A DNA stretch of 64,000 nucleotides. Origin: Octopus sinensis. Taxonomy: Eukaryota. Of the stretch, positions 38,620-51,163 are shown piece by piece. The DNA is taken from NCBI RefSeq assembly GCF_006345805.1, contig NC_043001.1:47244001-47308000 (forward strand). The letters are read 5' to 3'. The notes beneath the pieces are model-generated. The model was not told the origin of the DNA, did not search any database, and worked only from the letters and a program-made list of their open reading frames with translations. Within the stretch, counting starts at the first letter, position 1. Every line of letters begins with the position of its first letter. Position numbers and translations under genes: made by a program.

Positions 38620-39744
38620 AATGAGAAATACGTCAATATTGTCATATCTTATTCTGCCAAATGTTCAAGCTTTCAAAAGATGATCTCTTATGTATTAATA
38701 TAGCTATTTTCTGAATAGACTTCGTCGCAACTTATAGATAACGATCAATGAATTCACAGAGGCAATTGTATTCGTTTTCAATAGAATAATAATAATAAAA
38801 AAAATGGACTCATTTCTTAGATATCACATTGATTTTAATTCAGTCGCAAAGTTAGTATAATTTCTTGGTTTCTCGGTTCGCTTTATTCACATTTGTATAG
38901 TGACACGAAATTATTATTGTTTAAAACAAAACAATACAATACAAAACAAGAAAAAACTATTCTTTCATTAAGTAATCTAAGTGAGGGTGGTGGCCAGCTG
39001 AGATCCCTAGGGTGTCAGATACGCAAAGATTGCGGATTAACAATTTTGGTATAGTGTCGGACAAACAAGAGTGGTGGATTAGTAGAATCGATGGATCAGT
39101 GGATTAAATATGGCACTATGTATTGAAGCAATTTCTTTACGTTCTAAGTTCGAAACTTACAGAAGTCTACTTTGCTTTTTGACCTTCTCGGATCGATAGA
39201 ATAAAGTATCAGATAAGTCTTAGATCTGATCTAATCGATTGTACTTTTTCTCCAGAAAGAGGCTAACTGAATTTATTAATCCAATTGTAGTTGTACCGCG
39301 AACGGAAACGGCAATTTTAAATTCGATTACTGGTTTTCATTGCTGTTTCTGAAATTGTAAGCGGAAACCTACATCGTATTTGTACAAATTACTGAAGGAA
39401 GACGTATGCAGAGCTACTTTACAATTTATAAATTTGACTGTTGAATTAAATCTTTTGTATGACTAATAAATGATTAAATACAAATTAATAACATTTTTTT
39501 CTTTAAACTAAGTACGGATCTCAGTCCAAAAGATAAATGGGTTAAACTGAATTATAAGTAGTCAGAACACAAAGACAAGAAACAGCTTTCAAACTATTTT
39601 AAGAGCATACAAGTATATATTGGTTTAAGACTCACACACACAAACACACACGCACACGCACACACACACTCACACACAAATAGTGTACTATTCCGTGATG
39701 TGAAAATCAACAAAAAGTACTCCATCTGGTGAGAGATAAATATC

Positions 39745-40025
39745 ATTTAATAAGCACAATATATGTATTTATTTGCTACTATTGGTGTCATGTGCCGAGA
39801 GCATGTCAAACTGTTTTTTTAACACGTCCGTTGTCTTAACACAATAATCAAGCACTACCAACAGGGCATAACAAACTATCGTCCCATTTTTAGTTCATTA
39901 TGCTATGTAGGCAGTATCTAATGATTGTGCGAGGACACCAGATGTGTTAAAAAACACTGTTTGGCATGCTCTCAGCACATGAAACTAATAGTAGCACATA
40001 AACACAGATATTGTGCTTATTAAAT
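39745..40025. mobile_element. MITE-like fold-back, about 105-bp imperfect arms
   Basis: ATTTAATAAGCACAAT...CATGTGCCGAGAGCATG vs CATGCTCTCAGCACATG...ATTGTGCTTATTAAAT. Confidence 0.7.
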
Positions 40026-40477
40026 AATACACACACGCACACACACACACTCACACTCACACAAACAAACACACACACACACACACAAATATATATATAT
40101 ATATAAAAATGGATATATGTATATGTGTGTATGTATGTATATATGTATGTACATATTAATATATCTAAAATAAGATTTTCTTAATTTAACAATGACTATT
40201 TATAGAAAAAAATATTTCCAAAATGAAAAAAAGATTGATTAACACACACATGTTGGAAAGAAGTTTTCTGTGTAAGTGCTTTTCTGAGTTTTCAACTTCA
40301 GGTGTATGTAAATCCGCTTTTTTTTAAAAAAGGTATTTGTTATTGCCTAATGATAAATTTAAGAAGATCGGTTTCCAAATAGTTACAGTATTAAGAAATT
40401 TTTAAAGTAACATTTTGAGATGTATGAATATCTGTCCATACGTCATCTTTGCCTCCCTTATATGCATATATATTTTT

Positions 40478-41945
40478 AATCACGTCGGCGAAGCAGTCCT
40501 CCTCATTAGATATAGGTGGGGGTGTTGCTGAAAAGCGCACAATCTAACGCGGCGCACAAAGCTGTGGATATCGGCACGAGTCCAAAATTCGTTGCTAGAA
40601 GGAGTGAGGGGGATGAAGCGCAGACCCCTACTGAGGAGGGAGCACTCCGCCTCAGAGAGGGGAAGATATGGAGGAATAGTAACAACAGACTGAAGTGGAG
40701 AAGGGGTGGATGGGACAGAAGTAGGAGTGGCGGAGTGGTAGAAGGCTTGGAAGGAGGGGATGAAGGCTATGTAGGTGGGAGTAGGGAGGGATGGGTGGTT
40801 TGTGAGGGTGGGGAAGCGTATCAGTGAGGGAGAGGGGTAGGGTAGGAGTTGGGGTAGTGGCATCGGGTGTGTTGGAATGGAGGATTGAGTGGATTTTACA
40901 TTGTTGTGAGTGAGAAATTAATGAAGGAGATGACTTAAATGAATTATGTAACGTAGTGTTAGCATGGGAGGGCGACTGAAAGGAGAAGAAGACGGAAAAA
41001 GCAAGAGGGATAAGGCGGTCGATGGTGTGTATGTTGGAGGGATTAGAATGAATGGTGGCGCGCATAAGACGGTTGGATGTAGTACGGAGTATGGGTAGGA
41101 TGGTTGAAGCAGAGTGGAGAGTGTGGTGGAAATGGAGGTGGAAACGTTTAGGGATGAGGCGGTGATGAAGGAAAGGTGGCTACAGAAGCGTGTTTTTTTG
41201 AAAATTAGTAGGGAAAGGTTAATAGAAGGTTAAAAGCAGCGAAAAGGAAATGTGGAAAGGTGGTTTTTAGGCAGTGGTGAAGGTGAAGGAGGAAAGGTTT
41301 GTAATCGGGTATGATTGAAAACCAAGAAGAAAAGAGAGAGAAAGGATAAGAAAGGGAAAAAAAGGGGGAGAGAAAGTCAAATAAAGACGTGAGGAGGAAC
41401 CATTCAAAAGGTGTGAGGAGAAAAAATGCAAAAGGCGTGAGGAGAAGAAAAATACAAGAGATGGGAGAGAAAGAAGGAGGAAGAAGGAAGAAACAAAGAG
41501 AAATGGGAAGAAAGGGAAAAGAGAAGACAAAGGGGGAAAAAGGGAGAGAGAGAGAGAGAGAGGCAAGGTAACAAGTGTGGATTGAGAGAAACGACAATAG
41601 AAAAAAGCAGAAATTACAAAAAAAGTTTTGAAAAGTTCAAAACGTCGTGGTGTATTGGAGCGATTTCTCATCAACGAAAGAGTCCAGTGTAATCCATGGG
41701 TAGGAGAGGTGTAGCCGAAGTGTAGGAGTCCGACTGTAGGAGAGTAGAAGAAAGTCGAGATAAAGAATCCAGGTATAATAGTCCAAGAAAAGTTCGAAGT
41801 GGATGCAGAGACAGGATAAAACTGGTGCGACCACGTGAGCGTGTAATATATAGCGAGAATTTACAAAAAAAAAGACGGATGTGTAAACAACAAACATGAA
41901 TTAGTTTAACACTCGGGAAGTGAGAAAGTCTTTTACGTTTCGAGC
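40478..41945 (-). mobile_element. Penelope-like element: terminal repeat, pyrimidine-rich leader and N-terminal ORF remnant
   Basis: Minus-strand peptides SHLSFIT..IPKRFHLHFH, SNRLMRATIHSN and LSEAECSLLSRGLRFIP...DIHSFVRRVRLCAF (the LS.E..LL.KGL.F.P...F.RR.RL motif upstream of PLE RT); upstream GCTCGAAACGTAAAAGAC half-hammerhead; no RT or GIY-YIG present. Confidence 0.7.
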
Positions 41946-41947
41946 AA

Positions 41948-42032
<85 letters not shown>

Positions 42033-42033
42033 A

Positions 42034-42456
42034 AATTATAATTTAGGGTATCTAGGAGATACCACCACGCTGGAAATAGCAGCCAAAACTTGACTCTAAA
42101 ACCACATTAAATGTCCATACAGCACCAGGAGAGAAGAAAAAAAGGACAAAATAAACTAGCAAAAAAATTACTGGATAATTCCAGATCCCGGAGTTCTGTT
42201 TCTGCATAAGAAATGTTTTACCTCATCAGTGGAATATATACAGATATCTGTGTATATTCCACTGATGAGGTAAAGCATTTCTTATGCAGAGCCAGAAATC
42301 CGGGATCTGGAATTATCCAGTAATTTTTTGCTAGTTTATTTTGTCCTTTTTTTCTTCTCTCCTGGTGTTGTATGAACAGTTAATGTGGTTTTAGAGTCAA
42401 GTTTTGGCTGCTATTTCCAGCGTGGTGGTATCTCCTAGATACCCTAAATTATAATT
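42034..42456. repeat. About 420-bp palindrome with no central spacer
   Basis: Centre CAGAT|ATCTG at 42245/42246; arms differ by scattered substitutions. Confidence 0.92.
42256..42313 (+). ncRNA. Type I hammerhead-like motif (mirror copy on minus strand in left arm)
   Basis: ATTCCA-CTGATGA-GGT..GCAT ttctt ATGC..GCC-a-GAAA-TCC g GGA-TC-TGGAAT; 6-bp stem I; one extra base before GAAA; left-arm copy has GAAC. Confidence 0.55.
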
Positions 42457-42570
42457 CTAATAATAATTTGAAGGTTTTTATTCCCATGCTGGCCACTTGA
42501 GAAGATCGATATTTAAATTAACGATCTTATCCTCATTTATATATATACACACATATATATATATATATAT

Positions 42571-43199
42571 ATATGTTAATAAAATAGAATATATGCATAT
42601 ATATAAACATATATGTACGTACCTACCTCTACATGTACATATACACGCATATATGTGTACAGGACACCAAAAAGACGTCGAACACATAGGGAGACGAAAC
42701 ACATAGACACAAACCAAGGAACAAGACAAGCAAAAAAAAGGGGAGAGATACAGGACAATAAGCACAACGAAAAATCCCCTTCTTCAGTCGCTAAGATTTC
42801 ATCTACTAAACGTTTCGAAGGATAAAAGCGAGACGTATACTTCGAAGAAAAATTCCTTCCCGCGAACCCCTCTGCGAAAAGATCTCAGAATTTTTATTGA
42901 TTTGCTTTTCGCGGGAAGGAATTTTTCTTCGAAGTATACGTCTCGCTTTTATCCTTCGAAACGTTTAGTAGATGAAATCTTAGCGACTGAAGAAGGGGAT
43001 TTTTCGTTGTGCTTATTGTCCTGTATCTCTCCCCTTTTTTTGCTTGTCTTGTTCCTTGGTTTGTGTCTATGTGTTTCGTCTCCCTATGTTCGACGTCTTT
43101 TTGGTGTCCTGTACACATATATGCGTGTATATGTACATGTAGAGGTAGGTACGTACATATATGTTTATATATATGCTATATTCTATTTTATTAACATAT
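42571..43199. repeat. About 630-bp fold-back, 295-bp near-identical arms, 41-bp spacer
   Basis: 42571-42866 vs 42908-43199; only small indels in low-complexity runs seen. Confidence 0.92.
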
Positions 43200-43228
43200 T
43201 ATACGATTAAACGCACGCACCCTACTAA

Positions 43229-43263
<35 letters not shown>

Positions 43264-43323
43264 CATATATATATATACACACATATATATATACATATAT
43301 ATACATATACATATAGATATATA

Positions 43324-43361
<38 letters not shown>

Positions 43362-43400
43362 CATATATATACACACACACATATATATACATATATATAC

Positions 43401-43431
<31 letters not shown>

Positions 43432-43901
43432 TGCATGTATATATATACATACATACATACATACATACATACATACAAACATATATATATATATAAAAAA
43501 CACTATATGTGTATGTATGTATTTATGTATGAATGTATGTATGTATGTTTTGTGCTACAGAAGCATTGCACTCTTATTTAAGCTGCATTCATTAAGAACT
43601 CAAAGTCAAGTAGCGGTTTGAACACATTACTCTACCTCCAAGTGTAATTTGTTAAAGCAGTCTGATAATATGCGAGAAATTGCTTCAGAAAACTAATTAT
43701 ATTAAGATGACATATATCGTCTACATTATTGGGATTATTATACGGTAGATATTTGAATGCTTCTCTTCACCTGCCTAATTGTTATGGCTTCGTCTATGCT
43801 TGAATGGCAAATGTTCTCGAAAACTCTGCTGTTGTTGCTGCTGCTACTACTACTACTATACTACTACTACTACTACTACTACTGCTACTACTACCACCAC
43901 C

Positions 43902-43944
<43 letters not shown>

Positions 43945-44107
43945 GCGGTAGTAGTAGTAGTAATAGTTGTGGGGTGGTGATGCCGGTGCTAGCAGTAGTG
44001 GTATCATCATCACCATTATCATCAGCAGCAGCAGCAACAGTGGCGGTGGTGGTGATGGTGATTGTAGTAATAGCAGCAGCAGCAGCAACGTCAACAGCAG
44101 CAGCAGC

Positions 44108-44141
<34 letters not shown>

Positions 44142-44576
44142 GCAGCAGCAGCAGCAGTTGTAATAGTTGTAGTAGTAGTAGTTAATAGTTCAGTGCTTCG
44201 AAATGTCCCTTGTTAAGATACTTTCAGTTTCAATGACGCAATTCAGCTTGTAAAGAGACTCTATAAGAATATAAGAAGAGCTCATTGCTTTAGGCAGTCG
44301 AGCTCTGGGTCTGTTTTAGCGAAGAGTCTGCCGTTTGTCGTGATGTGCTGAACTGAAAAGCAATACAACCACCACCACCACCACCACCACCGACACCAAA
44401 ATCTCCGGAGCTGAACGAGGCTACAGGGAAAGCATCCCAATATATCACCGTTTTAAATACTGCATCAATTTGGAATCGAAGACTTTGAGTGTGCTGCTGC
44501 AACACACTATTTCTCTGTGTCTGAGATTGAGTAGTGCTTGTTTTTCTTGTCTAAGCAAGATGTCCATTTACTTGTA

Positions 44577-45385
44577 CAATGGTTCTCAACCAGGGTTCAT
44601 AAGGACCTTGGTGGTCCATATAAGATTTTGTTGTTAAAATTTAGCTGCAATAAATCTGTTATACTTCTACAGTAGACAAAATATTTTAAGAATTCTTTAT
44701 ACAATTTCTAATAATATCTAAATATAAAAATATTGGGTTGTCCGGAAAGTTCGTGCCGATTTATAGTAGCTTACCTTTCGACTTATTTTAGAACATGGTT
44801 GAGTCCATAAAATAGGATTTGACTACACCTCCATTTAGAGCACAATTTAAGCTATCTTTTCATGGAAGAAGGTTTATCTTTCTATTATCTGTGTTAATTC
44901 TGTAACCCTTTAAAATGGAAAATAAAAAAGTTCATTTTCAGCACTTGATACTTTGGGAACCAGACAAAAATTACTGCAGCTCGGCTGGGATGTGTTACCC
45001 CACCTTCCATATTCACCAGATATTGCTCCTTCGGATTTCCACTTATTCAGGTCTCTGCAGAATAGTCTTAATGGTAAAAATTTCAATTCCTTGGATGACG
45101 TAAAAAGATACCTTGATGAATTCTGTGCCATGAAACCACCTCAATTCTGGGAAGAGGGTATTTTCAAGTTAAAGGAAAGACGGAGACGCATTGTGCAACA
45201 AAATGGTTCATATTTGGTTGATTAAAAATGTAATGGCAAGTATTTATTGACCTTTTTCTTTACTTTAAAAATCGGCACGAACTTTCCGGAGAACCCAATA
45301 TAATTTGATTTTTAAACATCGGCTGACTAGGAATGCACAACCAAGTAAAATATGAATTAAAGGGTCCATAGGCTGAGAAATACTG
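44577..45385. mobile_element. hAT-type MITE interrupted by a mariner
   Basis: Starts CAATGGTTCTCAACCAGGGTTCATA, ends GGCTGAGAAATACTG; related to 34221-34548. Confidence 0.6.
44733..45298 (+). mobile_element. Internally deleted mariner transposon
   Basis: TA-flanked TIRs TTGGGTTGTCCGGAAAGTTCGTGCCGATT; transposase C-terminus WDVLPHLPYSPDIAPSDFHLFRSLQNSL (ORF 44953-45225). Confidence 0.92.
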
Positions 45386-46729
45386 TGTTAGTAGATGCTT
45401 GTGCATGGTAGCATCATCAATTAGTTTGTGTACTCCACCATAAACTCGCACAGAAAGACATGTACACAGGCACATATATACATCCATCCATCCATCCATC
45501 CATACATACATACATACATACGTACGTACATACATGTATGCATGCATGCATACATACATACATACATACATACATACATACATACACGCATACACACATG
45601 CATGATAGCTGTCAATTCGTTGACGAGTATCAACATCACTGACTAACTGTGCAAAAATTTAGATCCATTAAGGCTTGCAAAACTCCTTATAGCCCCTTAT
45701 ACCTATTCACATGATTCGGAAACAAGCCGAAGCAAGATATCTAGTGCATGTGTGGGTTGCAGACTCAGGAAGGTGAAAGCGCCATGATCTCAAGCGCAGG
45801 CAAAAGATCCCCAAGATATCCAATGCCATTCTTTGCATATCCATTTTAATATTAGAGTGACCGTCTCCTAGAGATGTGCTTTAAGAAAGACTGGAGTGTG
45901 CCTTACACCCAGTGGTCTTCTAGCACGCTGGACACCTACCCGGAACTTCTGAGGGCCCGTGATATTGCTTAGATAATTGTTGAATCTACACTGGGTTCTT
46001 GATTTTAGTACTGTTGGGTTTCTAGTAAGCCGCTTCACCAGGCTAGCCTATTGGAGGTATCGGTTTGATCGCCGACGACCAGACATACATACATACATAC
46101 ATACATACATACATACATACATACATACATACATACATACATACATACATGCAAGCATACATACATACATACATTACATAACAACGTACGTATGCAAGCA
46201 TTCATGCATACATACATGCATTCATACATATATACATACATGCATACCTACTATTTCTATACCCAGATTATAAATTTACGTTTATACAAATAATGAGTGG
46301 TGCACTAGGTTCAGTGAGTAAATGCCTGTGACAATCTGGATAAACTGGAACGTTCAAAACACGCACGCACACACACACACACACACACACACAACACACA
46401 CACACACGTATAACTTAATATTACTAAGAGATCTTATCAGTCTCTGGTAGATCGGAAAAAAAAAACCTGCCGGTACGCGACATCAGATAGTTTGAGAAGC
46501 ACTGGTTTTTAAATCATTTGGTTAAGGTTCTCTCACTGTCATGTTGTGTGCTAGTGAAAGAAGGTATAGGACCAATGAACATATCCATGTATGTGTATGG
46601 TGTGTGTGTGTGTATGTGTACGTATATATGTATGTATATATATACATATATATATTTATATATATACATACATACATACATACATACATACACATATATA
46701 TAAATAAATAAATATATATATATTTCAAA

Positions 46730-46918
46730 ATGTGACCTCGTGTGATTTTTTCCCTCTGTCTTTTTCCTTGGCGATTTTTTTCCCTCTGTCTTCCCTTCTC
46801 TGGATCTTTCCTTCGACTAAGAGCTCCGCTCAAAACGTTCTTTCCTGAGCGTCCAATAATACTCTATTTGTTCCACGTCCTCGCGTTGTTGTGTTTTTTT
46901 GTGCTTTCTTGTTTGGAT

Positions 46919-46920
<2 letters not shown>
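46730..46920 (+). mobile_element. Degenerate PLE-type terminal repeat
   Basis: AAGAGC-tcc-GCTC-AAAA-CGTT then TTCCTGAGCG...AATAATAC, echoing 10150-10340 and 35180-35395; flanked by TA tracts. Confidence 0.4.
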
Positions 46921-46956
<36 letters not shown>

Positions 46957-48044
46957 TTAGTATGTGTCTGTGAGTATATGTGTGAAGACACATGGTATGA
47001 GGATTTTCACAGAGGAGAATTTCTCATCTGCGGCACTTTCCGCAGCGAATACCTTACCTTTTCTTTTACGCGTAGATGAACATGTTAAATATATTTGTGC
47101 AGACACACGTTTGCACACGCGCACGTACATACACATAAACAGCCCCCCCCACACACACACACACCTACACACGTATCTAGATATGTGCTTTGTTAAAAGT
47201 GTTTTAGAAAATTACAATGGCTATTGGAAACGGAGTGAAAACAAAAACAAGACAACGGTTCATGATATTACCACATTTCGTTCTATAAAAATCTTATTAT
47301 TTGAAACTAGAGATCGAATTTATCTCTGGTCTGCGCAAATATGTCGGGCAGGGAAGAGCCGCCACATGTACTGATTGGTAATGTTTCATTAGTGAATTAG
47401 CTATTGCTTTTTAATTTTTATTTCTTATCCAATGAGAAGGGCAGTGCTCATGATCCTTTATAGGGTCTCAGAGACTTGTAAGAGAGAGGAGTTCTGGCTC
47501 GAATGTTTAAATCAGCGTCGACACCACGAAAATTTCACAGACCAAATTACGATGTTAGATTGGCAACAGATTAAGTCGACCATTCTTCAAATAGGCCACG
47601 CTGGGATTTGAACTCAGAACGAAAATAACCGAAGCAAATATTGCAAGGCATCTTCACCAGACGCTATAATGCTTCTGTCAGTCCACTGCTTTATACTAGT
47701 ACTTTATTAATCGATCTCGTAAGGTTGAAATGCACATTTGACCTTAACGGGATTTGAACTTGAAACGCAAGGTGTTGTTCATGGTTGATTTTTTAAAAAA
47801 TGGTCTATTTAATCTCCTAATTTTTTTAAAATTTCGTCCTGTGGCTTCAGTGGTTACTGTGATATGGTGGTTGCGACAATCTCCCAATGTTTTAGCAGAA
47901 ACATTTGCGTGATTGTTCCCTAATGCGGTTGTACAGTTTGCGAACATCACCGCCAAAGTACAATCCTACACATTTATTAGATGCTATGTAATGATGTTGC
48001 ATGAGTCTGTAAACAACTGTCTATATTATTACTAAGACATGAAG

Positions 48045-48240
48045 GTGGTGAGCACGCAGGGTCGTTGACGCGCCAGGCAAAATGCTTAGCGGCATTTTGC
48101 CCGTCTTTATTCGGCCAAGGTCAACTTTGCCTTCTATCCTCACGAGGACGATAAAATAAGTACCGGTTGATCATAGGGGTTGATGTAATTGATTTACATA
48201 ATCCCTCGAAATTTTGGCCTTGTGCCCAAATTTGAAATCT
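48045..48240 (+). mobile_element. SINE family A, tail type 2
   Basis: AAGGTGGTGAGC...AAATGCTTAGCGGCATTT...GGCCTTGTGCCCAAATTTGAAA. Confidence 0.7.
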
Positions 48241-48967
48241 TTAATACAGCTAAGACAGCCAGTCGATGTACGTAGATTGCTGCTCCGAGAGGAGTGAATC
48301 TGAGACAAATATTATTTCAAGGAAAACCTGGAGGGCGCCAGCTGATTATTCAATCCTTCCCTACAGATTGCCCGTCGAATTGCAGCAGTGGTCCCATCAT
48401 CAAAGCACAGTCATTTATTGCTCGGGTGTTCCGATGTTTAGTAAAGACATCTGTAAATAGCCGTATTCATCAGCAGCCTTTGAAATTACTCGGTTTTGAA
48501 GATGTTATCTCATGCTAAATATGCGATAATTGTTGTGCGTAAAGGATATTTCATTTCGTACGTTGAACACAAGAGCACTGGCCTACCTGTGATGCACAGA
48601 CAGACACGTTCAGAAAGCTTTCCTGTAGAGACGAGTATTAAACGAATCCCCCTCTGCGGTTTTGAACCGAAGACCGAGCGGATAGAGAAAGAAAGAGGAG
48701 AGAGGTGGTGTTGTTAAGATGTTCTATTTTGAAGCTAAATTCATTTGTCAGTTTCTTTTGATAAAACTTCTTAATATCGTATTATAAGGGAAAAGTATGA
48801 AGAGTTTTTTTTCACAAGTTTTCATCCCTGCATTTTTAATTTGCTTTGTTGCGGCTAATTTTATGCATTTTATAATTCTTTGTGCGTGTGTGTGTTTGTA
48901 TATATACATGTATACACACACACACACACACACAAACACAAACACATATATATGTATATATACATAC

Positions 48968-49018
<51 letters not shown>

Positions 49019-49549
49019 CATACAAATATACATATATGTATGTATATACGTATGTATGTATATATGTATGTATGTATATATGTATGTATGTATATGTTAT
49101 TCAAATGCATAGTCAAAGTTTGTGCCGAGGCAAGCTGGTGGATCAATAACATATTCTTGTATCATTGCCATGGTAACAGTGAGGCAGTAAAGATTGCTCC
49201 AATGGAGACGAACAACACAGATATTATATGATAGTCTAACATCCATCAGTTGTGCTTAGCAACCATTAATGCCTTTAGAGTAGCATTCAAGGTTAAAGCT
49301 ATCACATTGGATGGAAAATCATCGCGGCCAGTTTTAACAACAGACTTCCTATCTTATTGATCGGAATATAGACCTAGATCATATTAATGTGAAGTATGAA
49401 CATGTGCACGCACGCGTATTTATGTTTATATATGTTTGTATATTAATATATATATATTTATATATGTACAAACATTTATAAACTTATATATATATATAAA
49501 CATATATATACAAATGTATATATCTATGTACATATATGTATATATATTG

Positions 49550-49655
<106 letters not shown>

Positions 49656-49677
49656 ATATATATATAAATATAAATAA

Positions 49678-49715
<38 letters not shown>

Positions 49716-49952
49716 ACATATATTCTTTTATTCTTTTACTTGTTTCCACCTCTGGACATGTTCTTTGTAAGCCTAGTGCTTATTCTATCGGTCTCTTTTG
49801 CCGAACCGCTAAGTTACGGGAACGTAAACACACCAGTATCGGTTGTCAAGCGATATTGGGGGGTACAAACACAGATACACAAACATATACGCACACATAC
49901 ATATATATATATATATATACATATATACGACGGAGTTCTTTCAATATATATA

Positions 49953-50407
49953 CAGGGGTTGGACAAAATAATGGAAACACCTAGCATCATAGCATCATAA
50001 TTTTGAAATCTCTATAAAACCATCAAAAGCTTGTTTATTTTTATCTTTTTTGATTTATTATTAGTGTTGCTTATTATGTTTTGCTAAAATTTCTGTTTCT
50101 TTTCAGATATCATCAGTAAAAGGTAATTAAGATTCATTAAAATAACAGAATTAATAGTCAAGACTATTTAAGCATTTTATCTGAACAAATTCATCCTATT
50201 GTTGCGGAACTGTTTCCGGAGGGAAATGCAATCTTTCAGGATGATAATGCACCAATTCACACAGCTAAAGTTGTTGCTGAATGGCACAAGGAACATTCTA
50301 GTGAAGTTGAACATCTTATCTGGCCACCACTGTCCCCTTCTACTCCATATTGAAATAAATTTGTTTGAAATTTTAATGTGTTTCCATTATTTTGTCCAAC
50401 CCCCGTG
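49953..50407 (+). mobile_element. Internally deleted Tc1-family transposon
   Basis: TA-flanked TIRs CAGGGGTTGGACAAAATAATGGAAACA; internal frame reads [40 protein letters not shown]...WPPLSP. Confidence 0.9.
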
Positions 50408-50432
50408 TATATATAAATATACATATACATAT

Positions 50433-50610
50433 AGACGTAGGGATTGGTGTATGGAAAGAAGCTTGCTTCCCAGTCACATGGTTCTAGGTTCAATCCCAGT
50501 GCGTGGCGCCTTGGGCAAGTGTCTTCTACTGTAGCATCGGGCCAACGAAAGCCTTGTGAGTGGATTTGGTAGACGAAAACTGAAAGAAGCATGTTGTATA
50601 TATGTATATA

Positions 50611-50659
<49 letters not shown>

Positions 50660-50673
50660 ATATATATATATGT

Positions 50674-50730
<57 letters not shown>

Positions 50731-50745
50731 TGTATATACATACAT

Positions 50746-50777
<32 letters not shown>

Positions 50778-51003
50778 GTATATATTTGCGTATATGTGTC
50801 TGTGTTTGCCCCCCCCATCACTTGACAACCGATGCTGGTATGTTTAGATCCCCGAAACGTAGCGGTTCGGCAAAAGTGACCGATAGGATAAATACTAGGC
50901 TTACAAAGAATAAGTCCTGGGATCGATTTCTTTGACTAAATCTCTTTAATGCGGTGCTCCAGCATGGCCGCAGTCAAATGAGTGAAGCGAGTAAAAGAAT
51001 AAA
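50433..51003 (+). mobile_element. SINE family B, full length, about 200-bp internal microsatellite
   Basis: Same modules as 30551-30925. Confidence 0.85.
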
Positions 51004-51093
51004 AGAATATATACATATATATATATATACAAACACACATACGTGTACATACACATATTTGTGTGTGTATATACACATAGATAGATAGATAGG

Positions 51094-51163
<70 letters not shown>

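Noticed and set aside
45755-45815. U1 snRNA-like CCATGATC segment
   Set aside because: Only a short match; no 5' ATACTTACC and no Sm site.
48430-48480. CTGATGA on minus strand with a downstream hairpin
   Set aside because: Followed by GGAA, no stem closing on the core, no stem I complement.
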